DNA of 63,918 nucleotides, filler included, from Limisphaerales bacterium (GTDB lineage Bacteria > Verrucomicrobiota > Verrucomicrobiia > Limisphaerales > SIBE01): assembly GCA_044225505.1 (NCBI GenBank). It is 3 parts of 3 records of this genome, joined end to end, with 100 filler letters (N's around TTAATTAATTAA, not from the genome) between each part and the next. Parts side by side here need not be neighbours in the genome. Positions count along the whole stretch, not along the records: positions 1 to 24,186 come from JBGAIN010000126.1; 2 more parts are not named here. One strand, written 5' to 3'. Below the pieces are notes generated by a model, which had not been told where the DNA came from, ran no database searches, and saw only the letters and a list, made by a program, of their open reading frames with translations. Numbering within the stretch: position 1 is the first letter of the stretch; every line of letters begins with the position of its first letter. A program made the position numbers and the translations under genes. Positions 1 to 8,746 of this stretch are shown piece after piece.

Positions 1-534
1 GCGCAGAGTCTGATCGATACACAGTCGGCCAGTTCGACGGACGCTAAAGGGGTGGTGACGGCCGGCATTCTGGCCAGCGATTCCACCATCACGGAACTTG
101 CCGGAAAACTACGTTCTCTGACGTTTTCCCCCGGGGGAGGTAGCACGTCGGCGATCCGCAGTCTGGCAGACTTGGGTGTCGATTCGAATGGGAAGGACAA
201 TTCGCTTACCCTTACGGACGATGCCAAACTCGACGAAGCACTTTCAGGCGAGCTCGATTCGGTGACGAACCTGTTCACCAAGGCGACAACCGGGCTGGCG
301 GTGCAACTGAAAGATTACCTGGAAACGACAACAAAAGAAGGGGGAACTCTGGCAACACGCCAGGACATCTTCACAAAACAATCTGGGGAGATTGACAATC
401 AGATCACAGCTCTGGAACGGCGCCTGGCCGAAGAACAGCAACGCCTTACGGATACTTTTGTGGCCATGGAGAGCGCACAGGCCAAGATCAAAGAACAACT
501 GAGTTACCTCACGAAGAATTTCGGCACCACTTAG
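1..534 (+). CDS. fliD: Flagellar filament cap protein FliD, C-terminal part (5' truncated by window edge)
   Basis: Frame open from base 1; FliD_C-like motifs SLADLGV and LERRLAEEQQRLTDTFVAMESAQAKIKEQLSYL; flagellar context. Confidence 0.9.
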   Translation, partial: AQSLIDTQSASSTDAKGVVTAGILASDSTITELAGKLRSLTFSPGGGSTSAIRSLADLGVDSNGKDNSLTLTDDAKLDEALSGELDSVTNLFTKATTGLAVQLKDYLETTTKEGGTLATRQDIFTKQSGEIDNQITALERRLAEEQQRLTDTFVAMESAQAKIKEQLSYLTKNFGTT

Positions 535-537
535 CCC

Positions 538-1227
538 ATGAACTTTCTTGGCTCGTTACCTGTTTCCTTTCACCGCGTGCGCAGCAGCGCGGCATTCGCG
601 TTATTGCTGATGCTCACCGCATGCCAGACCGCACCGCTGAACCAGTTCGTTCTTGGTCCGGACTATCAGCCGAGCAACGTTTACAAGCAAGCCGCGGCCT
701 TGCCTCCAACCTTGCGCAGGATCGCGCTGCTCCCACTATATCATGACGATGGACAGGTAGACGTCGTCGCTGCCAATCAGTCACTGGAACCAGTTCTCGA
801 GACCGAACTGCAAAAGACTCAAAAATTCGAGTTGGTCCGAGTCTCTCCGGACGCATTGCGCCAATGGACAGGGAAAAAGTACTGGGCGGCCGACGAAAAA
901 CTGCCGCCGAACTTCTTTGCGATCTTACGAGAGCAAACCGGGTGCGAGGGAGTGCTCTTTGGCCGCGTCAGTCGCTTCCATCCGTACCCGCCCTTAGTCG
1001 TGGGATGGAACCTGAAATTGGTTGCCGTGGCGGATGCCCAGGCGGTCTGGGCGATTGACGAAACATTTGACGCGAGCGAGCCGTTAGTCTCCAATTCGGC
1101 TCGACGTTACGAACAGCATCATCCGACCGGTGTGCCTGCTACCGATACGCCCATGATTTTGAATTCACCCCGACGCTTCGGTCATTACACAGTCTGGGCA
1201 GCTCTTGGTACCTTACCTCCGCGCTGA
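538..1227 (+). CDS. Putative lipoprotein of unknown function (alpha/beta, PelC/LpoB-like fold possible)
   Basis: Lipobox LTAC after a hydrophobic stretch; RRIALLP and GVLFGRV motifs; 3 bp downstream of fliD. Confidence 0.6.
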   Translation: MNFLGSLPVSFHRVRSSAAFALLLMLTACQTAPLNQFVLGPDYQPSNVYKQAAALPPTLRRIALLPLYHDDGQVDVVAANQSLEPVLETELQKTQKFELVRVSPDALRQWTGKKYWAADEKLPPNFFAILREQTGCEGVLFGRVSRFHPYPPLVVGWNLKLVAVADAQAVWAIDETFDASEPLVSNSARRYEQHHPTGVPATDTPMILNSPRRFGHYTVWAALGTLPPR

Positions 1228-1268
1228 AAACGGCCGGCCCAAGGGTGGGCCCAAACCACAAGGTTGAC

Positions 1269-1296
1269 TCAAGTCATTGCACAACGCCGCCGATAT
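1269..1296 (+). promoter_or_regulatory. Sigma-28 (FliA/SigD)-type promoter
   Basis: TCAA-N16-GCCGATAT, matching the TAAA-N15/16-GCCGATA(A/T) consensus, upstream of the flgM-like/fliS genes. Confidence 0.75.
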
Positions 1297-1355
1297 ACCT
1301 CTTGAGATAATGGACACAAATTCGAGCGGTCTGTCTCGGCAAGACGCCCTGGTGT

Positions 1356-1619
1356 ATGGAAGTTAATTTCAACAAAGATCTGGATCCGATCGACGCTCGG
1401 CTCGCAACTCGAAAGCCGCGCGCGGTCTCGCCTGAAACCCAAACGACTGATTTTCGGCAAGCAGAGGCTTTGAACCAGTCGCTCCAAGCGACCGCCGACA
1501 CCCGGCCCAACGCCGTCGAGCGAGGCCGCCAACTTCTCAACGACACGTCGTATCCGCCAATCGAGACTATTCGTCGCATCGCGGCCCTGTTCGTCTCTTC
1601 TGAGAGAAATGTCGAGTAA
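1356..1619 (+). CDS. FlgM-like anti-sigma-28 factor
   Basis: 87 aa; C-terminal DTRPNAVERGRQLLNDTSYPP resembles the FlgM pattern; follows a sigma-28 promoter. Confidence 0.6.
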   Translation: MEVNFNKDLDPIDARLATRKPRAVSPETQTTDFRQAEALNQSLQATADTRPNAVERGRQLLNDTSYPPIETIRRIAALFVSSERNVE

Positions 1620-1624
1620 TCGGT

Positions 1625-2074
1625 ATGCTGGCTAGTTACCATCCTTCGCAATCGTATCGCCGGACGGCCATGCAAACGGCCCCTCCCGGACAGCTCGTGT
1701 TGATGTTGTATGAAGGCGCGATCCGCTTCCTCGAGCAAGCTCTCACCGGTTTCACGAAGGATGACCCCGTTGAGTTCAATGAAACGATCAGCAACAACGT
1801 TGTCCGCGCTCAGGAAATCATTCGTGAGCTGGATCGATCCCTGAATCTGCATGCGGGCGGTGAACTGGCTCAACAACTCCGTCGCCTCTACGATTATTTC
1901 GACCGGCGCCTCATGGAAAGCAACATGAAGAAAGAGGACGAAGGCATTCGGGAAGTGATCAGCCGCATCTCAACTCTTCGAACTGCGTGGGCCACGATGC
2001 TCAAAGGCGAAGACGGGCCGGTCCTATCTGAATCCAATCTCGGCCTCATGCGTGGCGAAGGGGTTTTGACTTAA
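1625..2074 (+). CDS. fliS: Flagellin export chaperone FliS
   Basis: YRRTAMQTAPPGQLVLMLYEGAIRFL, AQEIIREL, GGELAQQLRRLYDY, LRTAW motifs. Confidence 0.93.
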   Translation: MLASYHPSQSYRRTAMQTAPPGQLVLMLYEGAIRFLEQALTGFTKDDPVEFNETISNNVVRAQEIIRELDRSLNLHAGGELAQQLRRLYDYFDRRLMESNMKKEDEGIREVISRISTLRTAWATMLKGEDGPVLSESNLGLMRGEGVLT

Positions 2075-2087
2075 GTTTCTTGATCGA

Positions 2088-2468
2088 ATGAGCTGGGCCC
2101 AACAACTCTTGCAAGCGTCAGCCGAATGGCGTCGCTTGACTGAGGCCGAGTTCGCCAGCCTCAAAGCTTTTGACTGGACCGGCCTATCTAAATGGCAGGA
2201 GGAAAAAGCGCAACTTCAGCCGACCGTCTCCACTTTACTAGAACGGTTCCGGCGCGAATGTCCCAACGGAGCGGCCATCCGGCGCCAGGTCGACGCAGCG
2301 TTCCAAGAACTCATAGCTCTGGAAACCGCGAATCATCAGCTCCTGGAAACGCAAATGCAGCATGTTGCTCGGCAGCGAGCGGAACTTGGCCACTCCCAAC
2401 GGAATCTGGGCCGCGTGCAGCGGTCCTACGGTCAATCCACAGCCACGCATTGGCAGTCCTATTCGTGA
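2088..2468 (+). CDS. FlgN/FliT-like helical flagellar chaperone
   Basis: 126-aa all-helical protein directly after fliS. Confidence 0.5.
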   Translation: MSWAQQLLQASAEWRRLTEAEFASLKAFDWTGLSKWQEEKAQLQPTVSTLLERFRRECPNGAAIRRQVDAAFQELIALETANHQLLETQMQHVARQRAELGHSQRNLGRVQRSYGQSTATHWQSYS

Positions 2469-2843
2469 CTGGCCAAGTTGTAGCCTTCTCGCGCACATGC
2501 GGAGTCACAACGCCTTTTTGCAGCGAGCTGTTCCATAGTCTGCCCGGGCGAGGTGACACGTCTTCGACAGCGCCGGGCCGTGACTGCGCCCAGCCGTCCT
2601 CTCTTCGAATGATCTGGTGACGGGAGACTCAAACCGCGTTTTTCGAGAAATCATAGGGTCCGGGGTTCCAGCCGCGACACCCGCCCTGCCCTGCCAAAGC
2701 AGCCCTTTCTTCCCCAGAGCCACGAGGTTGGGCTCGCGGATCGCTCAACGTTGGCGATATTTCTCAGTTGACCATGCCAGCTCGAACTCCACGTCCCGCT
2801 CAGGCCGTCACGGGAAAGTTCGCGATTGTAGAAACCGCGCTGA

Positions 2844-4862
2844 ATGATACCCTTTCCATCCAATGTCGCGTCGGATTTATGCCGTAACCTCATGACCAAA
2901 CCCCAACAACCAATGGTGGACTCGACGCCGACGACCGGCCCGGTTTCGGCGCAGAACTTCGCCCTGGCCGGAGGTTGGGTGTCGGGTGGCATGGCGACTG
3001 TTCAAGCGGATGGGAAGATCTTGGCTTTGAACGAGCCGTTGCGCGATTGGTTTTTGAGCCAAGATGCGAAAGCGCGGGATTGGACAGACTTCTGGTCGGA
3101 GCTTTGGGCGCTTTATCCGGACTGGCGGCAACCGATCACCGAGGCGTGGGAAACGCCAGACACTTACCGTCGGCTGGAGCTGGCTGCGTCGAACGGCCAA
3201 TCCGTCGAGGTGGAACTGGCGCGGCATGACGCTCTGGTCACGCTCCGCATCGATTCTATCCTCCCGCCGGTCGCCGAACTCGAAGAAGGAAGTGCCGAAG
3301 ACTTTCTCAGGACAGATTCCGCGAGGCGGCAGTCGTACATTCGCTTACTCCGGGCGGAAGGCCAATTGAACAATCTGATCCGCCGTTGGCCCGGGGTTAT
3401 TTTTAGCCAGCGCGCTGATCTGAGCTTTCATTTCATCAGTGATAAGATCGAAGAATTGACGGGAGTGCCCGTGGACGAATGGAAACGCTTGCCGCAGCGG
3501 TTCTGGCAAGTGGTGCACGAAGGGGATGTGGACGACGTCCGCCACCAGTTGCGACGAGCGAGTGGAGTCGCGCCGGATGGGCCGTGCGTCTTTCGGTTGC
3601 GCAACCTCAAGACTGGGCGCGTCTCTTACGTGGCGGAACACCGCCAAGCCGTGCGGACGCAGCGTGGCCTTCTCCTTGGATATGATGGTGTTTGGCTTGA
3701 CGTCACGCGTCAGAACATTGCGGAGAAGCGACTTTCCACCGCCGCCTGGAAAGACACTCTGTCCGTCTTGACCATGGGTTTGGCTCATGATTTCAGCAAT
3801 ATCATTGCTGGAATTCATTCGTTGAGTGAAGCGTACCAAGCGGAGATTAGCCCGGACCATCCGTTCCAGGAAGGGCTCAAGCTGATCAAAGGCAATTCGA
3901 TGCAAGCCAGCCAACTGGTTCATCGAATCCTCCAACTGCATCACGGCAAGATCGGCGAGAAAAACTATCATAATCTCAACGAACTCGTCCGCGAGATCCT
4001 TGACCTGGTCCGAAAGATCGTGCCGCGCCACATCCGAATTGATTCGGTCGTCGGGACGGAATCGCTGCCGGTCTACGCTGATTCCATAGAGTTTCGACAA
4101 GTGCTAATCAATCTCGCGCGCAACGCCGTGGACGCCATGCCCCAAGGCGGAGCGCTCCGCTTCGAAGTTTCCCGCCACGACACGTTTCCGCCGCTGATGC
4201 ACGTCGAAGGGGTTTTGCCGCGGTTGCCCAGCCTCTGCATCTCGACCGAAGATACGGGCTGCGGGATTCCAGCGCAGCATTTGAACAGCATTTTCGATCC
4301 ATTTTTCACCACGAAATCGGTCGAGAAAGGGTCTGGACTCGGACTTTACAATGCCCGGCTGTTTGCCGAGAAGCATCATGGTGCCATCTCGGTCGATTCG
4401 ATCGAGAAGAAGGGAACCTGCGTGCGAGTCTGGTTGCCTGAGGCGGATTTCACCGAAGGCGAACGGAACGAATTGGAGCCGGCGCCCAAACGCCGGACGT
4501 TGTTGGTCTTTGGCCCGTCGGGCGATGCGCTCGATAGCATGGCCGATTTCTTGCGCCGAAGCGGGCAATCCGTGGTTCTGGCTTCTCCTCCCCAAAACGC
4601 CGCTCGATTGCTTGAAGGGCAGGACTACTCGCTCGCGGGAGTTTTGCTTTTAGCGCAAGGAGCAGACCGTGCCTATACGGAATTGGCATCGGCCGTGCGC
4701 CGGACCGGTTTACCCATCAAGGTGATAGTTCAGGCGACCGGGTGCAACCAAGACGAACTCGACAGCGAATTGACCGGCCAAGCGGACCTGGTGTTACCTG
4801 CGGACATGACGCGGGTTGCGATGACCACCAGTATCAACTCCTTATTCGCCCATGATCCCTGA
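2844..4862 (+). CDS. PAS-domain hybrid sensor histidine kinase with degenerate C-terminal receiver-like domain (start may be 2892 or 2913)
   Basis: PAS (VHEGD...DVT), H-box GLAHDFSN, N-box NLARNAVDAM, DTGCGI, FDPFFTTK, GSGLGL. Confidence 0.88.
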   Translation: MIPFPSNVASDLCRNLMTKPQQPMVDSTPTTGPVSAQNFALAGGWVSGGMATVQADGKILALNEPLRDWFLSQDAKARDWTDFWSELWALYPDWRQPITEAWETPDTYRRLELAASNGQSVEVELARHDALVTLRIDSILPPVAELEEGSAEDFLRTDSARRQSYIRLLRAEGQLNNLIRRWPGVIFSQRADLSFHFISDKIEELTGVPVDEWKRLPQRFWQVVHEGDVDDVRHQLRRASGVAPDGPCVFRLRNLKTGRVSYVAEHRQAVRTQRGLLLGYDGVWLDVTRQNIAEKRLSTAAWKDTLSVLTMGLAHDFSNIIAGIHSLSEAYQAEISPDHPFQEGLKLIKGNSMQASQLVHRILQLHHGKIGEKNYHNLNELVREILDLVRKIVPRHIRIDSVVGTESLPVYADSIEFRQVLINLARNAVDAMPQGGALRFEVSRHDTFPPLMHVEGVLPRLPSLCISTEDTGCGIPAQHLNSIFDPFFTTKSVEKGSGLGLYNARLFAEKHHGAISVDSIEKKGTCVRVWLPEADFTEGERNELEPAPKRRTLLVFGPSGDALDSMADFLRRSGQSVVLASPPQNAARLLEGQDYSLAGVLLLAQGADRAYTELASAVRRTGLPIKVIVQATGCNQDELDSELTGQADLVLPADMTRVAMTTSINSLFAHDP

Positions 4863-4883
4863 TGCCACGGAGACACCGGACTG

Positions 4884-6167
4884 ATGAGCACCCCCACCCC
4901 AGCCCCTGCACTCCCTCCCAAACACCGCGTCCTGGTCATCGACGACGAAGAGATCGTCTTGGTCGGGCTACGAGAGAGTTTGCGCCGGGCGGGATACGAT
5001 GTTGTCACCGGCTCGAACGCCTTGGCTGGTCTGGATGCGCTACGAACCGGCCCCTTTGCCGTCGTCATCACCGACCAGCAAATGCCCTGGATGACAGGGT
5101 TGGAGTTCCTCGCTCAAGTCAAGGATGTGCAACCCAATGCCAGCCGAATCCTGATCACGGCGGTTTTAAGTCTGGAGACCGTCGTGGAAGCGATCAACAA
5201 GGGTGAAATTTACCGGTTTATTATCAAACCGTGGTTACGCGAGGAGTTACTGGCGACCGTCACGAACGCCGTGCAGCGGTACGAGTTGGTTTGTCGTCAC
5301 GCCGATCTGCAAGAGACTACGCTGAAACTCAACCAACAGTTGACCGAGCTCAACCGTTCCCTGGAAGAACAAGCGGCCAAGCTGGAGCAACAAAACCTTC
5401 AATTGGCGCAGCAGAACACGGCCCTCAGTCTCAACCTCCAGCGCTCCGTTCAGATCTGTGCCCATGTCATGCAGACGTTTTGCCCGTCCTTGGGCACACA
5501 AGCTCGCCGGGTGTCAGAGCTCTGCCGGGGAATGGCGGAGGCGCTGGACTTATCCCCGGACGAGCGTCTGGTATTGGAGGTCAGTTCCCGGTTTTACGAT
5601 CTCGGATTAGTTGGAATTCCTCAGGAGATTCTCGACCGTTGGGAAAAGGATCCAACTCGACTCAACGAAACGGAACGATTGCTGATTGCCCAGCACCCTG
5701 TTCTTGGCGAGGAGTTAGTTCGATTCGGAGAGCCGTTGGAACTGGTGGGGTCGGTGATTCGTTCACACCACGAACGGTATGATGGCGGAGGATATCCGGA
5801 TAAGCTGGCGGGCCATCACATTCCCTGGTTGAGCAGGCTGCTCGCCGTCGCGATCACCTACGTGCAAGGGTCGAGGAACGGTGGGGACATCGTTGAACGG
5901 ATTACCGCGGAAAGCGGCGCCGCTATCGATCCGGACGCCGTCCGCGCATTGCTGCGGGTTCTCTCAAAAGCCAGGCTGCCAAAGAAACAGCGAGAGGTGC
6001 TGCTCTCGGAATTGAAGCCCGGTATGGTTTTGGCGCAAGGGATCTATACAGCGAATGGGTTGTTGCTCGTGGCGGAAGATCAGCCCTTGAGCGCGCCGGC
6101 GATTGAGAACCTGGTTCATCACAACCGGCTGAATCCCATTACCCAGTCACTGCTGGTTTACGGTTGA
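4884..6167 (+). CDS. Response regulator with coiled-coil linker and degenerate HD-GYP domain
   Basis: REC (VLVIDDE, VITDQQMP, FIIKPW); HHERYDGGGYP; the HD dyad reads FYDLG. Confidence 0.85.
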   Translation: MSTPTPAPALPPKHRVLVIDDEEIVLVGLRESLRRAGYDVVTGSNALAGLDALRTGPFAVVITDQQMPWMTGLEFLAQVKDVQPNASRILITAVLSLETVVEAINKGEIYRFIIKPWLREELLATVTNAVQRYELVCRHADLQETTLKLNQQLTELNRSLEEQAAKLEQQNLQLAQQNTALSLNLQRSVQICAHVMQTFCPSLGTQARRVSELCRGMAEALDLSPDERLVLEVSSRFYDLGLVGIPQEILDRWEKDPTRLNETERLLIAQHPVLGEELVRFGEPLELVGSVIRSHHERYDGGGYPDKLAGHHIPWLSRLLAVAITYVQGSRNGGDIVERITAESGAAIDPDAVRALLRVLSKARLPKKQREVLLSELKPGMVLAQGIYTANGLLLVAEDQPLSAPAIENLVHHNRLNPITQSLLVYG

Positions 6168-6186
6168 GCGGGAGACCGGCGTTCGC

Positions 6187-6990
6187 CTATTGCAGCAAGC
6201 GGAGGACGGTCTGCGGCATCGAGTTGGCTTGAGCCAACATGGCGGTGCCAGATTGCACCAGAATTTGGGCTCGCGCATACTGCGTGCTCTCGTCTGCCAC
6301 ATCCACATCCTTAATCCGCGAACTCGCCGCCGAGAGGTTTTCTTTGCTGACGGACAGTTGCTCGGCGGTGAAATTGAGGCGGGTTTGATAAGCTCCAATC
6401 GTGGCGCGATCGTTAGCCAACGTGTTAATGGCCGTTTTCACGCTCTGGAGAGCACTCTGGGCATGGCTCGCCGTATCGACGGCACTGGAGGTCGCTCCGG
6501 TGTAATTCGAAGTGCTGAGATTGATACCGGACATGGCGAACGTGGTGCCTTCGGAATCAATAGTCACGTTGAGCGAAGCGGCGCTGAAGAGACTCACGCC
6601 GTTAAATTCTTTGGTCGCCGCACTGGTTATATACGCGCTCAACTGCGTGAATTCAGCGTTGTAAAGGCTTCGGTCCCCGTCGCTCTTGGTCGAGTCCTGC
6701 GAAAGGATGGCGAGCTCACTCATTCGGTCGAGCGCTTTCGCGATCTTTTGCAAATAGCCATCTTGGGTCTGTGTGAATGAGATGGCATTGCCCACGTTCG
6801 ATTTGGCCGCACCGATACGTTGAACTTGAGCATCGAGCCGGGAGGCCACCGCCAATCCCGCGGCATCGTCCGCCGGGTTCACAATCTTCGAACCCGAGCT
6901 CAACCGTGCAAGAGACCGGCTCAGCATCGATTGGCTCTGTTGAAGGTTATCGGCCGCGATCTGCGCCGAGATATTCGTATTAATAATCAT
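6187..6990 (-). CDS. fliC: Flagellin (short, 267 aa)
   Basis: MIINTNISA...RLSSGSKI..ADDAAGLAV N-terminus; ENLSAASSRIKDVDVA...AMLAQAN..PQTVLRLL C-terminus. Confidence 0.97.
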   Translation of the reverse strand: MIINTNISAQIAADNLQQSQSMLSRSLARLSSGSKIVNPADDAAGLAVASRLDAQVQRIGAAKSNVGNAISFTQTQDGYLQKIAKALDRMSELAILSQDSTKSDGDRSLYNAEFTQLSAYITSAATKEFNGVSLFSAASLNVTIDSEGTTFAMSGINLSTSNYTGATSSAVDTASHAQSALQSVKTAINTLANDRATIGAYQTRLNFTAEQLSVSKENLSAASSRIKDVDVADESTQYARAQILVQSGTAMLAQANSMPQTVLRLLQ

Positions 6991-7007
6991 AGGTGCGGGC
7001 TTGGGGG

Positions 7008-7310
7008 TTACGTTGCACTCGGACTAGCAGCTACTTCCTGAATTACCGGGCTGACTTTTGCTGCCTTAGGATCGAGGCGAATCGGCTGACTTCCAATGCG
7101 ATTGAGTTTGGGCACAGGCTGACGGGGCGACGTTTGGGCCTCGAGATTACTCTGTTGGATTTCCAAATAAATTTCCTGACGAAAAATAGGGATGTCGTTC
7201 GGTGCTTCGATCCCGATCTTCACCACGTCGCCTTCGACGCGCACCACTCGGACAACGATCCGGCCGTCGATCACGATGCTTTCACCAGTTTTACGGGAGA
7301 GGACGAGCAT
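7008..7310 (-). CDS. csrA: Carbon storage regulator CsrA with extended C-terminal tail
   Basis: MLVLSRKTGESIVI...VKIGIEAP..IPIFRQEI; Asn at position 55. Confidence 0.95.
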   Translation of the reverse strand: MLVLSRKTGESIVIDGRIVVRVVRVEGDVVKIGIEAPNDIPIFRQEIYLEIQQSNLEAQTSPRQPVPKLNRIGSQPIRLDPKAAKVSPVIQEVAASPSAT

Positions 7311-7322
7311 GATACGACTTTG

Positions 7323-7754
7323 TTAATCGGCACTGATTAAGGGGTGCTGCAGAGAGAATTCTGCGGCGTTCAGAGGAACCACTTGCTTGGCGCGCAACGT
7401 GAAGCGGTTGAGCACCAGCGGCCCTTTCAAATTGATGGTCGCGCGTCCCTTGGCATGCAACGTCACTATTCCGTAAATGCAGGCATCCAAAGGAGAGTTA
7501 AGCCCAAGAAATGCAACATCGTCATCGCTGATATCGGGCGCATACTGCCCGATGACTTCAGCAGGTGACGCGACCAGAAACGCCAAGCCTGCACAGCCGC
7601 GCGCCTCCAGCCAGTGGAACGGCGCTTCATGGGGACGATCGAGCCACAGGTAATCTTTGAAGCTCTCGAATCCGAGTAACCCGAGCGGCAGGTGAATCAA
7701 ATCCTGATCGCAAGGAACTGGAAGATCGATTTCAGTTTGTGCGGCGATGCTCAT
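7323..7754 (-). CDS. fliW: Flagellar assembly factor FliW
   Basis: Start reassigned to ATG 7754 (MSIAAQ, 143 aa); LPLGLLGFE, PFHWL, TINLKGPLVLN, QHPL motifs; adjacent to csrA. Confidence 0.92.
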   Translation of the reverse strand: MSIAAQTEIDLPVPCDQDLIHLPLGLLGFESFKDYLWLDRPHEAPFHWLEARGCAGLAFLVASPAEVIGQYAPDISDDDVAFLGLNSPLDACIYGIVTLHAKGRATINLKGPLVLNRFTLRAKQVVPLNAAEFSLQHPLISAD

Positions 7755-7771
7755 GTTTCCGAATTCCGCCA

Positions 7772-7788
7772 AGCAGCAGGTATGCCAG
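7772..7788 (-). promoter_or_regulatory. Putative sigma-54 (-24/-12) promoter for fliW-csrA-fliC
   Basis: Minus strand CTGGCATACCTGCTGCT = GG-N10-GC, just upstream of the fliW start. Confidence 0.55.
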
Positions 7789-8050
7789 CCAACAAAACCC
7801 CTGTATTCATTGAGCTTTTTGCGTGTTTCGCCTGCGAAATACAAATCCCTCAACTCCCCTCTTTGCCCAGCCCAGGCTAATTTTGCCGCCATCCCCGGAT
7901 GTTTTTTGCCTCCCCCCAACTCCTTGCCGCGAACGCTTACGGATTCCGTGGTCTGCCCCTCAGACCGCAACGCGTCGATCTTGATTTGTTCACAGAACCG
8001 GCCAAGCTACCCCTGTTCGATCAACACTTTTAAACCAGTCCACAGACCCC

Positions 8051-8335
8051 ATGAAGAATCTCCCTTCTCGCTATCAGACCATTCTCGGCATCGCGATCCT
8101 CTGCAGCGCCACCTTGCTGCAGGCCGCAGATGTCAAAACCTACCAAGTCACTGGGCCAGTCTTGGCCGTGACTCCAACGACCATCACCGTGCAAAAGGGT
8201 GAGGACAAATGGGAGATCGCCCGCACCAAAGAAACTAAGATTACCGGCGACCCGAAAGTTGGCGCCAAAGTGACCATCTACTACAAGATGGTCGCTGCGG
8301 AAGTCGAAGTGAAAGAGACCAAAGCGAAACACTGA
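8051..8335 (+). CDS. Small secreted beta-rich (OB-fold-like) protein
   Basis: Signal peptide ending LQA; YQVTGPVLAV...KVGAKVTIYY. Confidence 0.7.
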   Translation: MKNLPSRYQTILGIAILCSATLLQAADVKTYQVTGPVLAVTPTTITVQKGEDKWEIARTKETKITGDPKVGAKVTIYYKMVAAEVEVKETKAKH

Positions 8336-8347
8336 GGGCACCACTCT

Positions 8348-8380
8348 GGGGAGTCGCGCTCGTGGGCACGACTCCCCCTT
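8348..8380 (+). terminator. Possible hairpin terminator
   Basis: GGGGAGTCG...CGACTCCCC inverted repeat 12 bp after the stop; weak U tail. Confidence 0.4.
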
Positions 8381-8746
8381 CGGATTCATCAGTCGTTCGG
8401 GAAACGGTTCCGGGTCCTTGGAGTCGTTCCCGTTGTGGTGTTCCCTGCATCAGCTCACGAGCCGATCCCCACCTTCGTCTCCGCGATCCCGGTTTGCCCC
8501 TCGCCATGCTTCGAAAATATTCAAATCGGCCTTTCTCTTGCAGCGGAAGACGAGCCTCGAAAATCGCTGCTAATCCCCACCCGACGCGTTCGATTCGCCA
8601 GATCCCCTTCGGGTAGCGCCGCTTGTCTAGGCGACAGTTGACCAAGGTGAGTCGACCAAGGCATTGACAGCCGCCTTGCATTCGGACTGACGAATGCTTA
8701 TTTCTTCCTCCGGAGGGCGAAGCAACCCTCCTTTTCCGAAGGCACG

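Noticed and set aside
1274..1876. 200-aa minus-strand ORF and many other antisense ORFs in the track
   Set aside because: Shadow ORFs opposite well-supported genes in GC-rich DNA
2469..2843. Possible c-di-GMP riboswitch or small ORFs upstream of the kinase
   Set aside because: No recognisable riboswitch consensus by eye; ORFs lack coding features
7755..7970. N-terminal extension of FliW in the ORF track (similar extensions on galM, DUF1080, SSS and the 42273, 44642 and 54316 ORFs)
   Set aside because: Extensions precede the family motifs or signal peptides; downstream ATGs fit better
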